DNA of 64,000 nucleotides from the human T2T-CHM13v2.0 reference genome, Homo sapiens. The DNA lies in NCBI RefSeq assembly GCF_009914755.1, contig NC_060947.1; one strand, 5' to 3'. The notes under the pieces were generated by a model, which saw only the letters and a program-made list of their open reading frames with translations, made no database searches and was not told the DNA's origin. Both the position numbers and the translations under genes were made by a program. Below are positions 14,867 through 31,657 of this stretch, piece after piece; positions within the stretch are counted from its first letter, which is position 1; the number at the start of each line of letters is the position of its first letter.

Positions 14867-15545
14867 TCAGTTTGAGAGAGCCTGACTGCAACACCGTCTC
14901 CTGAAATGAGACACAACTATTTAATTCACTGGCCTATTCTCAGAAATAGACCAGTTTAGTGGTATCCTTTGCCACTCAGCTATAAACTCAATTTTTCTCT
15001 CCACAGCCACCAACTCAGCTTTTAGTGTGTAAAACGTCCAGGGAAGTTTCAGGAAAGAGAATGTTGGGCTGCAGAACATGATTTTCCAAAATATGGCACT
15101 TTGGCATGCTGAATGCTTTTGAAAATTGAAAGGCATCAGAAATAGGACGTTAGGCTAGCAATTTTATAAGTCCTCAGAATCAAAGTCCATCTAACCTTGT
15201 CTTGTTCCTCCCACTCCATGGCCAAGGAGGTACTCTCTCTAGAATTTCCTTCCAAGTAGCTAGAATTACAGGTGTGCCCCACCATGCCTTGTAAACTTCC
15301 CTTTTATCCTATCCCTGAAATCTCACAATCTATTTCAGAAAAGAAAACTGAGTAATGACCTACAGACATGGTTAATCAGTTATACCCTTCTCCTGACATA
15401 CAGCTAATCACCATAGACTAATGCAGACCTCCTTATGAAACAGGCGTTTCTACCTCCAAGGGAAAAAGATAACAAATCTTTGGCTGACCAACTGATGTTT
15501 ATCAGCAATGCTTCCTCACATCAAATCTTTATCAAAATGAAGAAA

Positions 15546-15998
15546 TGTGAAATGTGATATACAAAACAGTATCACTTTGTTCAGAGCTCTAAAATGGAGT
15601 CAAGAAGCCACTCTATTACTACCTACACAACATGAAACCCTGCAGGAAAAAAAAAAAGGAACAGGAACTTGCCTTGAACCTTTGAACTGGGCTAAACTAC
15701 AATGACCACATCTTAGAAAGCAGCTGAATTTCACCAGCACTGCAACTCCTGCATAGCAACAACCAATGTACCATGGACTTATGTACTAAGCCAGCCACCT
15801 CCACCAATGATAATTCTTTCAAAACAACTTGTGCAATCACTCTCGGCATCCTTTGAAAAATTCCTACTCTCCTTCCTGTCTTTGGAAAACAATTTGGCTC
15901 TTAGCCAAATCCGTGTCTCCCAAATTGCAACTTTTAAGGCCTCAAATGCCTAGTCTTACTGCATTGCACTCTGGTGTTTTGCCCCTTCTTACTTGACA
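15546..15998 (+). repeat. 3' LTR of the provirus
   Basis: Direct repeat of 6501-6963; shared blocks include CAGAGCTCTAAAATGGAGTCA and CACCAATGATAATTCTTTCAAAACAACTTG. Confidence 0.88.
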
Positions 15999-16032
15999 TA
16001 TTATACTTACATCTCCATTTCTAGTTGTGTTG

Positions 16033-16347
16033 ATTTTTTTATTTTTTTATTTTTATTTTTATTTTTGGATAGTGTCTCACTCTGTCACCCAGGCTGGAGT
16101 ACAGTGATGCTGTCAGGGCTCACTGCAGTCTTGACCACCTGGGTTCAAGTGATCCTCCCGCCTCAGCCTCCCATGTAGCTGGGACTACAGGCATGCACCA
16201 CCATGCCTGGCTAGTTTTCTTACTTTTGGTAGACACATGGTTTCACCATGTTGCCCAGGCTGGTCACAAACTTCTGGGTTCAAGTGATCCACCTGCCTTG
16301 GCCTCCCGAAGTGCTTGTATTACAGGTGTAAGCCACTGTGCCTGGCC
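16033..16347 (-). mobile_element. Alu (AluJ-like)
   Basis: T-rich tail, GTCTCACTCTGTCACCCAGGCTGGAG...AGCCACTGTGCCTGGCC. Confidence 0.9.
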
Positions 16348-16639
16348 TTGTATCAACTTTTTGATAGTATCTCTTGACAGAATGTAAATGTGAGTAATAC
16401 AGACTCAGCATGGTAGAGAAATGATATATGAAGGAGTGGTATTACAGAGACAGGATAGATTATTCGATAAATTCGGCTCTGGGACAATTGGATATCAAAC
16501 CATATGCCCTATTCAAAAATCAGTTGTTGGTGGATCAAAATTTTATTTTAAAACTTTATTTTTTAAATAAATTTTTGTTTTATTTTATCATATATATGTG
16601 TGTGTGTGTATATATATAAGCATCTGCATGGAATTTTTC

Positions 16640-20830
<4,191 letters not shown>

Positions 20831-20859
20831 CATTTTGGGGGTTAAAATTTTAATGTGAC

Positions 20860-21440
20860 AAAACAAATTTTAAAATTTAAAACATACCATGGGACTATAT
20901 CTTTACAAACTCACACTAAGAAAGCATTTCTTAAGACACATAAAGAATGACAATAAAATAATAACTTTGAATTTATTAAAATCATTAACTTTTGTTCACA
21001 GAAAAAGACAACCCATAATCTGTCATTGGATTAAGAATTTTTTTTTAAAAAAAAGCAAAAAGCAAAGTAAAGACAAATTAAAAAGACAAGTCAAACTATG
21101 AGAGGATATTTGCAACAAATATGCCTGTCAAAACATTAATATCTAGAATACATAAAGAACTCCTACAAATCAATAAAACAAACAATTGAATAGAAAACTG
21201 GGTAAAAGTCGTGAACAAACATTTCACAGAAGGTGAAAAATGAATGTCATATAACCATGTAAAAAGATCTTCAACCTCATTAATAAATTAATAATCAGAG
21301 GAATATAAATATAATTTTATATCCACTAGCTTGTCAAAAATTCAGAAGTCTGATAATACCAAATGTTTTTCAGCATGAATATCATTAGGAAGTACTGGTG
21401 GGAGTATGTACACATATAAACACTTTGGAAAACAATTTTT
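20860..21440 (+). mobile_element. Ancient L1M/L1ME ORF2 3' fragment
   Basis: ATATTTGCAA...AATATCTAGAATACATAAAGAACTCCTACAAATCAATAA...CACTTTGGAAAAC. Confidence 0.7.
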
Positions 21441-21869
21441 TAGTTCATTTTTCATTAGGAATACCCCAGTTTTATGTGATGATTCATGAGTTTATCTTCT
21501 GTCCTGCCACAGTCATTGTATTCTAACCCCACATTTTTTTTTTTTTTAACTGAGATTGGCAAGCATGACAGCCATAGCTTCAGCTCCGGTTCTAGCTTAC
21601 CCCAGTGGTTTTCAATTTCATTTGGTTCATTCCCTGGGAATTGCCCTTATTTGCTTTTGAGCTCAGATAACACTTTTGAGATGTTTGGAATAGTTTATCC
21701 AACATTTTTCTGGTGGTTTTTGCCATGGTACATTGTAAATTATTTTTTCAATCTCTTACATGAAATTAGTCTTTTCCTTTTTCTAACTTCTACTTTGGTC
21801 AATTTTTGTTATCATATACTAAAAGGAAATCAGTAAGCCCTCTCTGTTTTCAGATCTGCTGCTAAACAC

Positions 21870-22545
21870 ACATATGTAATTATTTACTTATAATTCTCAC
21901 TATATATTTTATATGTGTTTACATCTTCTTTCTGCTTGCAAATTTTGTTAATTTTTGGTTTCTCTACGTTTTTTCTTAATCTTGCAAAGGGTTTAGCTAA
22001 TTTATAGGTATTTTCAATGTAAAAGCATTTGCGTTTTATCCTATCTACTAACATTTTTCTTAATTCATTAATTTTAGCTTTTACATTTCTGAATTGCTTT
22101 TTCACTGTTCTTTTTCTAATATTTTAGATGAATAATTATTTGTTATATTCTTTTATTAAAATGAAGACATTTAAGGCTATGAATTTTCCTCTGAGAATAC
22201 ATATTGTGGTTTAAATTACTCCCGTTGCTTTCTGAATAGTTTTCAATTTTCTTTTTTTCTTTGATCCAAAGTTTATTTATAAATGTGTTTTTAATATAAG
22301 CAGATAAAGGCCGCCTTTATATTATCATTTTATTTAAATTGGATCTGTAAATTATATTTACAGATTAAATATAATCTGTAAGGGAACTAATTTTAAAATT
22401 CTGTTTCATCTTTCTTTTTGGACCAAATCCTGATTGATATTTTAAATATTCCATTACTTTCTCCCTTTTCCTCAAAAATAGTATGCTCACCAATCCACAC
22501 ATACCTATTAACTCAAGTTTATTGATTGTGTTATTTAAATCCTCT
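21870..22545 (-). mobile_element. Ancient L1 ORF2 fragment
   Basis: Minus ORF 21884-22105 (KINEL...KPFARL.K...KPKINKI) resembles the L1 ORF2 linker; TTTAAGGCTATGAATTTTCCTCTGAG. Confidence 0.65.
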
Positions 22546-22546
22546 A

Positions 22547-22960
22547 TGTATCAGACAGGAATTGTTTTCAGCTGCTAGAAAGAAAACCAGCACAACAGTA
22601 ATTTCAACAAGAAAGAGATTTATTTTCTCTCTCTCACACACACAAAGCAAATCTGGCAACAGATAGTCCAGGAAAGATATGCCAGCTCTATGATGTCATT
22701 AACAATCTGGATTCCTTTGAGCTTTGCAATCTTGAATTCTACTTTGTATCCTCAAAGTTGCTTCATGGCCACAAGATGGCTGTTGCAATTTCGGCCATCA
22801 TATCCAACATTATGGACAGAAGAAATAAGAAAGGGAAGGGGCAAAAGACATTTTCCAGTTGAGTCAGCCTTCTTTACATATCTTTCCTAAAACCTCACCC
22901 AATAATTTCTGTTTATAAATCAATGACCTCCTTCCACTCTCTTTAGCTGCTATGTTGTTT
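22547..22960. mobile_element. Old MLT1-type MaLR LTR fragment
   Basis: TGTATCAG...GATTTATTTTCTCTC...GCTTCATGGCCACAAGATGGCTG motifs. Confidence 0.55.
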
Positions 22961-23499
22961 ACTGAACAAAGGTTTATGTTTATGTTTATTAGAGTCTTGA
23001 TTTTTACAATTATATAATGTTCTTATTTGTCCTGTTTAGTGCTTTTAACTTTAAATTCCACTTGTATCTTTTTTTATTTGCATTTGCCTAATATTTTTGG
23101 CCAACCCCTTAAGTTAAATATGTATCAATTTATTTAAGTGTATTTTTAATCTCCTGCCTCTGTAATTTAACGAGAGAGATCAGTCCATTCAAATATAATA
23201 TAAAGTATCACGTTTTATTTTGTTTTACAGCTTGCTTTATATTTACTATTTATTTTGTATTGCTGTTTGCTATTTTTCCTTTCTTCTAATACACATATTT
23301 CTTTACTATTTACTTAAAATAGCATATCAAATGTGGCCTCTATCAAAATGTTCTATTTCTTCCCCATTTTTTTCCAATGCCAGGAAGATAAAACATTTAG
23401 TACACTTTCACCTCCCCCTACCTTCGTCTCCTTATCCTTTAAAAAGGCCTTTATCTCTCCTTACCTCCCATCTTTCAGCCTACCTCTATATTTGGTGCA

Positions 23500-23889
23500 G
23501 GAACAATTGGATACCTATTTGAAAAAAATCGAAGCTTAACCCATACCATCAATTTATACAAAAGTTAAACTGAAATGGATGAGGCCAAGCATGGTGGATC
23601 ACGCCTGTAATCCTAGCACTTTGGGAGGCCAAGGTGGGCAGATCATTTGAGCTCAGAAGTTCAAGACCAGCCTAGGCAACATGGTAAAACCCTGTGTCTA
23701 CAAAAAAAAAAAAAAAAAAAACAAAAAAAAAAACACAAAAATTAGCCAGGTATGGTGGTGTGACCTGTAGTCTTAGATACATAGGAGGCTGAGGTGAGAG
23801 GATCTCTTGAGCACAGGAGGCAGAGGTTGCTGTGAGCCGAGATCGCACCACTGCACTCCAGCCTGGGTGGCAGAGCCAGACACTGACTC

Positions 23890-23920
<31 letters not shown>

Positions 23921-24885
23921 AATAGATTTAAAATTTTTTAAATTGAAATGGATGATAAACCTATATCTAAAATCAAATCTATAAAACTTCTAGAATATAA
24001 TATAGGAAAGAGACCTTTACCATCTTGGGGTAAGTAAAGACTCTATTAGGTAGAACACATAAAGCCCAATGTATAAAGAATAAATTTTACTACATCAAAA
24101 CAGAATATTAAGATAAACAAACAACCTTTTAAAAATGGGCAAAAAATTTTTGGGCAGTTTACTATAGAAGATAAACACATGAATTTAACATGCTGCTGTT
24201 GGGAAAATACAAATTAAAACCCGTATGTGGTATCACTTCACACATATCAGGCTGGCGATTTTTTTTAATGACAATGCCCAGTGCTGGCAAAAATGTTCAG
24301 CAACATATATTGCTGGTGGCAATGCAGAATAGCCACTTTCAAAAATCAGCTAGCAGTTTCTCATAATAGTAAGCACACAATTACCATACAATCCAGCAAT
24401 CCTGCTTCTGTACATTCACCTGAGAGAATAAAAAACTTGTATTCACACACATATTTCTATGCAAATTTTTATGCCAGGCTTATTCATAATCTCCTAAAAG
24501 GGAAAACAACCCAGTGTCTTCTAAACAATGATTAAACTGTGGTACATGTCCATATATGCACATAATGCACTACTACTCAGCAATACAAAGTAACAAACTA
24601 CTGACACATGAAACAACATGGACAAAGTTCCAAAGCATTTTTCTAAGTGCACAAATTCAGACTCCAAAGGGAATACATTACATATGATTCCATTAATGTG
24701 ACTTTCTGGGAAAGGTAAAAGGATAGGGAAAGAAAACAGGTAAGTTTTTGCCAGGGGCTGGGTATGAGAGGGAGAGACTGTGATTGTACAACTGTGATGA
24801 TTTATCAAAATTCATAGAACCATATATCGAAGGCTGTAAATTGTACTTTATGTAAATTACACTTCAATGAAAAGGACAAAAAAAT
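23500..24885 (+). mobile_element. Ancient L1MC/L1ME 3' portion interrupted by an Alu
   Basis: AAATGGAT..TAAACCTA...AAACTTCTAGAA; GCAGCCTTATTCATAAT-like and ATATGATTCCATT motifs; 3' end TATGTAAATTACACTTCAATGAAA. Confidence 0.7.
23583..23920 (+). mobile_element. Alu (AluJb/Sx-like) with expanded middle A-rich linker
   Basis: GGCCAAGCATGGTGGATCACGCCTGTAATCC...CACTGCACTCCAGCCTGGG...A-rich tail. Confidence 0.92.
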
Positions 24886-25873
24886 CCAAAATTACTCCAT
24901 TTTGCACTCTGTGGTTACCTCATGATCAACACAGTGATAAGGCACAAAGTCTGTTCCTTCCAAATAATCTAGTGAATAGAGTTCATAAAATCCTCAAGAA
25001 TGGTGTATGGTTTTGTCAGAACCATAAGAGGTCAACTAGAAGTTGAAATTCCTACTCAGACTTGGGTGGGACCGATGCCAGTAATATATTCTTCAGGAAT
25101 TTAACTGCTTCAGATGAACTATTTTCTTCTGGCTGGTAATACTAGCAGTTCTCAGTTTGCATGTCCAATCAGCACCTGTTTTCAGCAGCAATTTAACTTG
25201 GGGGCAGGGCTCAGTCAAGCCTGTCTCCGCAGAGTTGCTTTCTGAAAAGGTTTTTTTCTAATTCTATGTTTTCCTTGTGCCTGCAGTCAGACTCTTTGAG
25301 CTCTGAAGCTAGGCAGTGCAGCTTTTCTTCCACAGGTCTTTCTGATTTCCTTTGCCTACCTGACTCATGGCATCCTTCATTGTGGTTGGTTCTGGCTGTT
25401 CATGCAGGAGGAGCTCATTGTGACCTGACAGTGATAGGGAGGCACGGGATCTCCTATGCCTTGCTCAGTTTACTCCTGTCCTGTGTGCCCAATGCCAGAA
25501 CTACTACTGAACTGTTAATACTATAGATTTCCCTCCTGTCCAATAATACTGTCCACTTAACAACCCCTCGCATCTTTTACAATCTGCACTTTCCCAACTT
25601 TTATTAGACAGTCCAAATTTTCCATTTGCCAGCTCAGATACCACAGCCTCAAGCCAAGATTTTAAGTCTAAGAAAAAGAAAATAAAAGAAAAGCAAACAA
25701 ACCATTCTTTTCCCAAGACTTGTGGCCTTGGGAAAAAATATTCAGTAACTATCTGGGCTTATTGAAAACATCCCAGCTCCAAATGCTAATGTTGAAGAAT
25801 TAATTTCTTCTGAATAATTAGTTGGTCAGTTTCCATGAATAATAATAGTGTGTTTAAAATGTAGCTTACCAAT

Positions 25874-25985
25874 TCAGGAGGTTGAGGCAGGAGGATAGCT
25901 TGAGGCCAGGAGTTTGAGACCAGCTTGGGCAACATACCAGGACCCCATCTCTACAAATAGATAATAATAATAATAAAATAATAAA
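25874..25985 (+). mobile_element. Alu left-monomer/FLAM fragment
   Basis: GAGGCAGGAGGATAGCTTGAGGCCAGGAGTTTGAGACCAGC with (TAA)n tail. Confidence 0.8.
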
Positions 25986-26391
25986 GATCTTGTCCCAGTG
26001 CAATCGATTCCTTGCCTCCTCAGTGTGCCAGCTTTATGAATGCTTTTACTGGTTCTTTTACATGGAGAACTCCAGCAGGAGGCCATGGGTTCTGGAGCCA
26101 GGATGCATTCTGAAAAACTGATAATATATTTAGTATCAGTCCTCCTGTCCATGCAGGCCACTGTTCTTGAACCACATTTGCTTGATCTCTCTATACATTC
26201 TTTCTTAATAGGCCTCCCATTCCTCATGAAAAAATAGACTTATTGCAGATCATTCTACCAGCAATTTTGCGGACATGCCAAAATTCCAGCTGTGAAAATA
26301 CCTTAGGCTCATACTAGTACATTTGGATCTCATTCATTCAAATTACAGTTGCTGTTTTTTCTATGTAAATACTTATTTTGTCATGTAATAA

Positions 26392-26861
<470 letters not shown>

Positions 26862-26883
26862 TAATGTTAACACTTTATATTAG

Positions 26884-28151
26884 TGTGTCTGGAATTGGTG
26901 GGTTCTTGGTCTCCCTGACTTCAAGAATGAAGCTGCCGACCCTCGCGGTGAGTGTTACAGTTCTTAAAGATGGTGTGTCCGGGGTTTGTTCCTTCTGATA
27001 TTCGGACGTGTCCGGAGTTTTTTCCTTCTGGTGGGTTCGTGGTCTCGCTGACTTCAGGAGTGAAGCCGCAGACCCTCGCAGTGAGCATTACAGCTCTAAA
27101 GGGCGGTGAGTCCGGAGTTGTTAGTTCCTCCTGGTGGGTTTGTGGTCTCGGTGGTTTCAGGAAAGAAGCTGCAGACCTTCATGGTGAGTGTTACAGCTCA
27201 TAAAGACAGCACAGACCCAAAGAGAGACTAGCAGCAAGATTTCTTTCGAAGAACAAAAGAACAAAGCTCCTACAACATTGAAGGGAATGGGAGTGGGTTA
27301 CCGCTGCTGGCTGGGGTGGCCTGCTTTTAATTCCCTTATCTGGCCCCACCCACATCCTGCTGATTGGTCCATTTTACTGAGAGCTGATTGGTCCGTTTTA
27401 CAGAGAGCTGATTGGTCCGTTTTGATAGACTGCTGATTGGCACGTTTACAAACCTTTAGTTAGACACAGAGTGCTGATTGGTGCATTTACAATCCTTTAG
27501 CTAGACACAAAAGTTCTCCAAATCCCCAGCCGATTAGCTAGACACAGAGCGCTGATTGGTGCATTTACAAACCTTTAGCTAGACACAGAGTACTGATTGG
27601 TGCATTTAAAAACCTTTAGTTAGAAAAGTTCTCCAAGTCCCCACCTGTCCCAGAAGCCCAGCAGGCTTTACCTCTTACTGGCACTCGCCAGGGGACTTTG
27701 GAGTACCTAGCCCAGGCACTCTGGCAGCCCAGATGGAGCTCCTCCCAGACAACCTAGAGGAAAAAACGGGAAACGACAAAGAGACGGAGACCCGCCATGG
27801 TGGCCAATGAGCCGGCAAAGAGGTAACGGAAGTCCACGCACGGGACCCAGCCTCCGATCAAGCCCAGCAGGCGCCAGCCAGCTGCACCCAGTGTGGGGCC
27901 GCTGAGCCCGCACCCACCCGGAACCCGCACTGGCCCACGAGCGCGCGTGAAGCCCGGGCTCCCGCCAGCACCTCTCCCTCCACACCTCCCCATGAGCAGA
28001 GGGAGTCAACTCCGGCCTCGGCCAGCCCCAGAGAGAGGCCCCCACAGCACAGCGGCGGGCTGAAGGGCTCCTCGAGTGCGGCCAGAGCAGACGCGGAGGC
28101 CGAGGAGGCTCCGAGAGCAAATGAGGGCTGCTAGCACGTTGTCACCTCTCA
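26884..28151 (-). mobile_element. LTR12-family (HERV9) solo LTR inserted into an old L1MC 3' fragment
   Basis: Minus strand begins TGAGAGGTGACAACGTGC and ends GAACCCACCAATTCCAGACACA. Tandem CCAAT (CTGATTGG) units at 27359-27600. 4-bp TSD TTAG (26880-26883, 28152-28155). Confidence 0.95.
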
Positions 28152-28376
28152 TTAGCATGTTACACTTGTCACAACTAAGAAAGCAACATCTGTATGTTAC
28201 TATTAACTAAACTGCAGACTTTTTTCAGATTTTGCTCATTTTTTCACTACCTTCCTTTTTCTCTTCCAGGATCTAATCCAGGATACCACATTGTGTTTTC
28301 TCAATATGTCTTTTTAGTCTCCTTTGGTCTATTGACATTTCTCAGTCTTCTCACTTTAATTTTTAAATGATTGGAA

Positions 28377-28600
28377 TTTTTTTTTTTTTTTTTTTTTTGG
28401 AGACAGGGTCTTGCTCTGTTGCTCAGGTGGGAGTACAGTGGTACAATCTTGGCTCACTGGAACCTCTGCCTCCCGGTCTCAGGTGATCCTCCCACCTCAG
28501 CCTCCTGAGTAGCTGGGACTAAAGGCACATACCACTATGCCTGGCAAATTTTTTTTTTTTTTTTGGTACAGATGATGTCTCCCCATGTGGCCCAGGCTAT
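28377..28600 (-). mobile_element. Partial Alu (AluJ-like)
   Basis: T22 tail, GAGACAGGGTCTTGCTCTGTTGC...CCTCAGCCTCCTGAGTAGCTGGGAC. Confidence 0.88.
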
Positions 28601-28929
28601 GGTTAGGATATTTTTATGTCAGTTTGACAGGAAGGATCTGAGGCCTTCTCTGCCAAGGTACTACAATTTATGAAAAATGTTATTTCCCAATAATTCTAAA
28701 AAGGCATATTTGTCAACAGAGAGGAGCAAGAAAAATCTAAAATGTTGCCTCATAATATAATCATGGATTATGCTACTGAGGTTGGATTTTCCTTTACTTA
28801 TTTAAAACAGGCAACTTTTTCATACAGGCTTGGAGCAAACATCTCTACACTTAAGCCATATCCTCTGCTCCATCAACTAGTTTGCCATTTTGAGTAATGG
28901 GATGAAGGGTGCAGCACTCACAGCAAGCT

Positions 28930-29420
28930 GCACGCCCAACACCATCATCCTCTTCTTCCAAAAGAAATGCAGTTCTGTTTAGGACAGCAAGGTGTCTGGC
29001 TACAATCCTCAGGCTTCCTTGTAGCTATGTGTGGTCAGGTAACATGGTCCTAGCCAATGAGATGTAAGCAGAAATCTACTGAATGTAGATTTCTCAATGC
29101 AGGGAGAGCAAGTATTTTCCTGATTATTATTTTTTAAAGGAGCAGCTGGCATGTGCCTTTTGCACTATGTTCTTAAACCCTTTTTCCTGCATAAAATGTA
29201 AACTCATGGTCTAGAGAAGGAGCAGTCAACTTCCCAGCATGGGAATTTCAAGGAGGATTAGTGGGAAGAAGAAGGCGCCACCAGACTACATCCTGACTGC
29301 CTGTCTCCAGACTTCTTGTTACATAAAAAGAAAAAATGAAATAAAATAAAATAAACCCTTTACTTGTTTAAGTCAATATTTTTCAGATTTAAGTGATATA
29401 TAGTCAAATGTAACCAGATC
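28930..29420 (+). mobile_element. Old MLT1-type MaLR LTR
   Basis: GGCTTCCTTGTAGCTA...TAGCCAATGAGATGTAAGCAGAA...CTCCAGACTTCTTGTTA...AAATAAACCCTT..TTGTTTAAG. Confidence 0.7.
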
Positions 29421-29899
29421 AATAAACAGAGCCACACTTGTGACATGTACTGACCCAGTAAGTGCAGTAGACAGTGACAGTTAGTAACTACCTTAAATAA
29501 TCTCTGAGAAAGATGTCAGGAGATTAGAGACAGACAATATTCCACATTTCAATATTTCAAAAGAAACATACAGACCTCCCAGCTTAATCAACTCCTGGAA
29601 AAATTCTAAACACTATTCTCTCTAAACAGAGTCACACTTCTGAAAGACATTGTTTACTGCCCTTCAAGTAAAAGTTCACTTAACTTTGGCAGCTCATTGA
29701 GCCCAAATTAATGCACAAGCCAAGGTCCATTGCAGCTTAGAAATATTTCTCTGCTTCAATATTAAGAGCTCTCTTAAAGCACTCCTTGATATGAGAACAA
29801 ACTAGTCATGAGTGCTGCTCCTCAGAGGCAAAATTCTGTGTGGGTTTGTGGATGATGAGGGCAATACATGCAAAGGGCTAGGTCCACAATTCAGTTTTA

Positions 29900-30070
29900 A
29901 CATCGTTGAAAAGACATTTAATGTGTGCAGACACTGGTTGAGTTATTTACATAGATTATCTCATTTGATGCCCACACCTCCAATGAGATGCATGCTTTTA
30001 TTATCCCCATTTTATGGATAAGGAAACTGAAGCATAGAGAGATCAAGTAACTTGCCCAAGAAGACTGGTT
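29900..30070. mobile_element. MIR SINE
   Basis: Core ATTATCCCCATTTTA..GATAAGGAAACTGAAGCATAGAGAG...AAGTAACTTGCCCAAG. Confidence 0.85.
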
Positions 30071-30129
30071 AAAGAAGAGCCTCATTCCTAATTCATAAAA
30101 ACCTTAGAAATCTATCCTTTGTTTGGATC

Positions 30130-30688
30130 TGATAACCAAAATGAGTGATTGTGCTGTAAGTCTCAAAACATCAAGGTTTATTGAGCCAGCTTGAGGGTGC
30201 ACCAGGAAAAATGTGAGTCACAGAAGCATCTGTGGCTGTTTTTTTCCCAAAGAGGTGAACAGGAGGTTTAGTATTTACACATTTTCCTTAAAAATGAGGG
30301 GTGGTAGTGAGACAAATAATTATATATTTGTGAGACTTTAGTGGCCAGTAAATCCACACTTACATAAAACAAGGTGAACATTTGAAGAAAAAGGGAATGG
30401 AGAAAGCAAATTTCTTGGGGAGAGGTAAATAAATGATTAATCTCATTTTGTCTTTGTTCTGTACCTGGGACAATAATCTAGTAGTCTTTTGAAAGGGCTG
30501 GTTTCTGTTTAGCCCTTAGGGAATAAAACCTATGACTGTTAGCGAGGGAGGGAGTATAATGAGGCGTGTCCAATCTCTCATCCTGTCATGGCCATGAATT
30601 CAGCTTTCAAGGTTTCTCTGCAGTTCCCCTGGCCAAGAGGGGCTCTGTTCATTCAGATGAAGGCTTAGAATTTTACTTTTATTTCTCA
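30130..30688 (-). mobile_element. ERV1 solo LTR (MER4-like)
   Basis: Minus strand begins TGAGAAATAAAAGTAAAATTCTAAGCC...CCCCTCTTGGCCAGGGG. TG...CA ends. Perfect 4-bp TSD GATC (30126-30129, 30689-30692). Confidence 0.85.
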
Positions 30689-30787
30689 GATCCATCTGTG
30701 CAGCTCAGGGAAACTACTAAGGCTCCCACCTCCTTGAAAATTGCCATTTTCTCATGCTACTGGTCACTGACGCCTTGGTTTAATGCT

Positions 30788-31101
30788 TTTTCCTTTTTTT
30801 TTTTTCCTTTCTTAAACTTTTTTTAGAGACGGAGTCTTATTTTGTTGCCCAAGCTGGGGTGCAGTGGCCTGATCGTAGCTCACTGTAGCCTCAAACTCCT
30901 GGCCAGAAGTGATCCTCCAACCTCAGCCTCCTAAGTAACTGAGACTATAGGCATGCACCACCATGCCAGGCTAATTTTCTTACTTTCTTGTAGAGTGGTG
31001 GGGGGTGCGGGGGGGAAGTCTCACTATGTTGTCCAGGCTTGGCTCAAACTCCTGGCCTCAAGCAATCTTCTCAACTTGGCCTCCCACTGGGATTACAGGA
31101 A
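30788..31101 (-). mobile_element. Alu (AluJ-like)
   Basis: TAGAGACGGAGTCTT...GCAGTGG..TGATCGTAGCTCACTG...GGGATTACAGG. Confidence 0.87.
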
Positions 31102-31414
31102 TGAAACTGGCACTTTGAGTTTACAGAGACAACATCCCCTCCACATTTCATGTGACATATGTGCATAACAAATGGCAACCAGCAAAACTTTAGTACTTGG
31201 AATTTCAACAATGTTGAGACTGATCTTTGCTTTAGTTCTTTGAATGGGTGGGCCTCAACATGACTCATTGTAGCCAAGTTGACTCCTGCTCCTCATAGTT
31301 GTTATCTATTAGTCTGGTTGTTTGGTTTTGTACCTCAGATTCCATATAGGTTAGGTGCTCTATCAGAAATGCATATGGCTGCAAGTTATTGAAAAGCCAC
31401 TTTAGCAACACCTA

Positions 31415-31657
<243 letters not shown>

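Noticed and set aside
27350-27625. Regularly spaced ~40-60-bp repeats resembling a CRISPR array
   Set aside because: These are the tandem CCAAT-containing U3 units of LTR12; the 'spacers' are themselves homologous and there are no cas genes.
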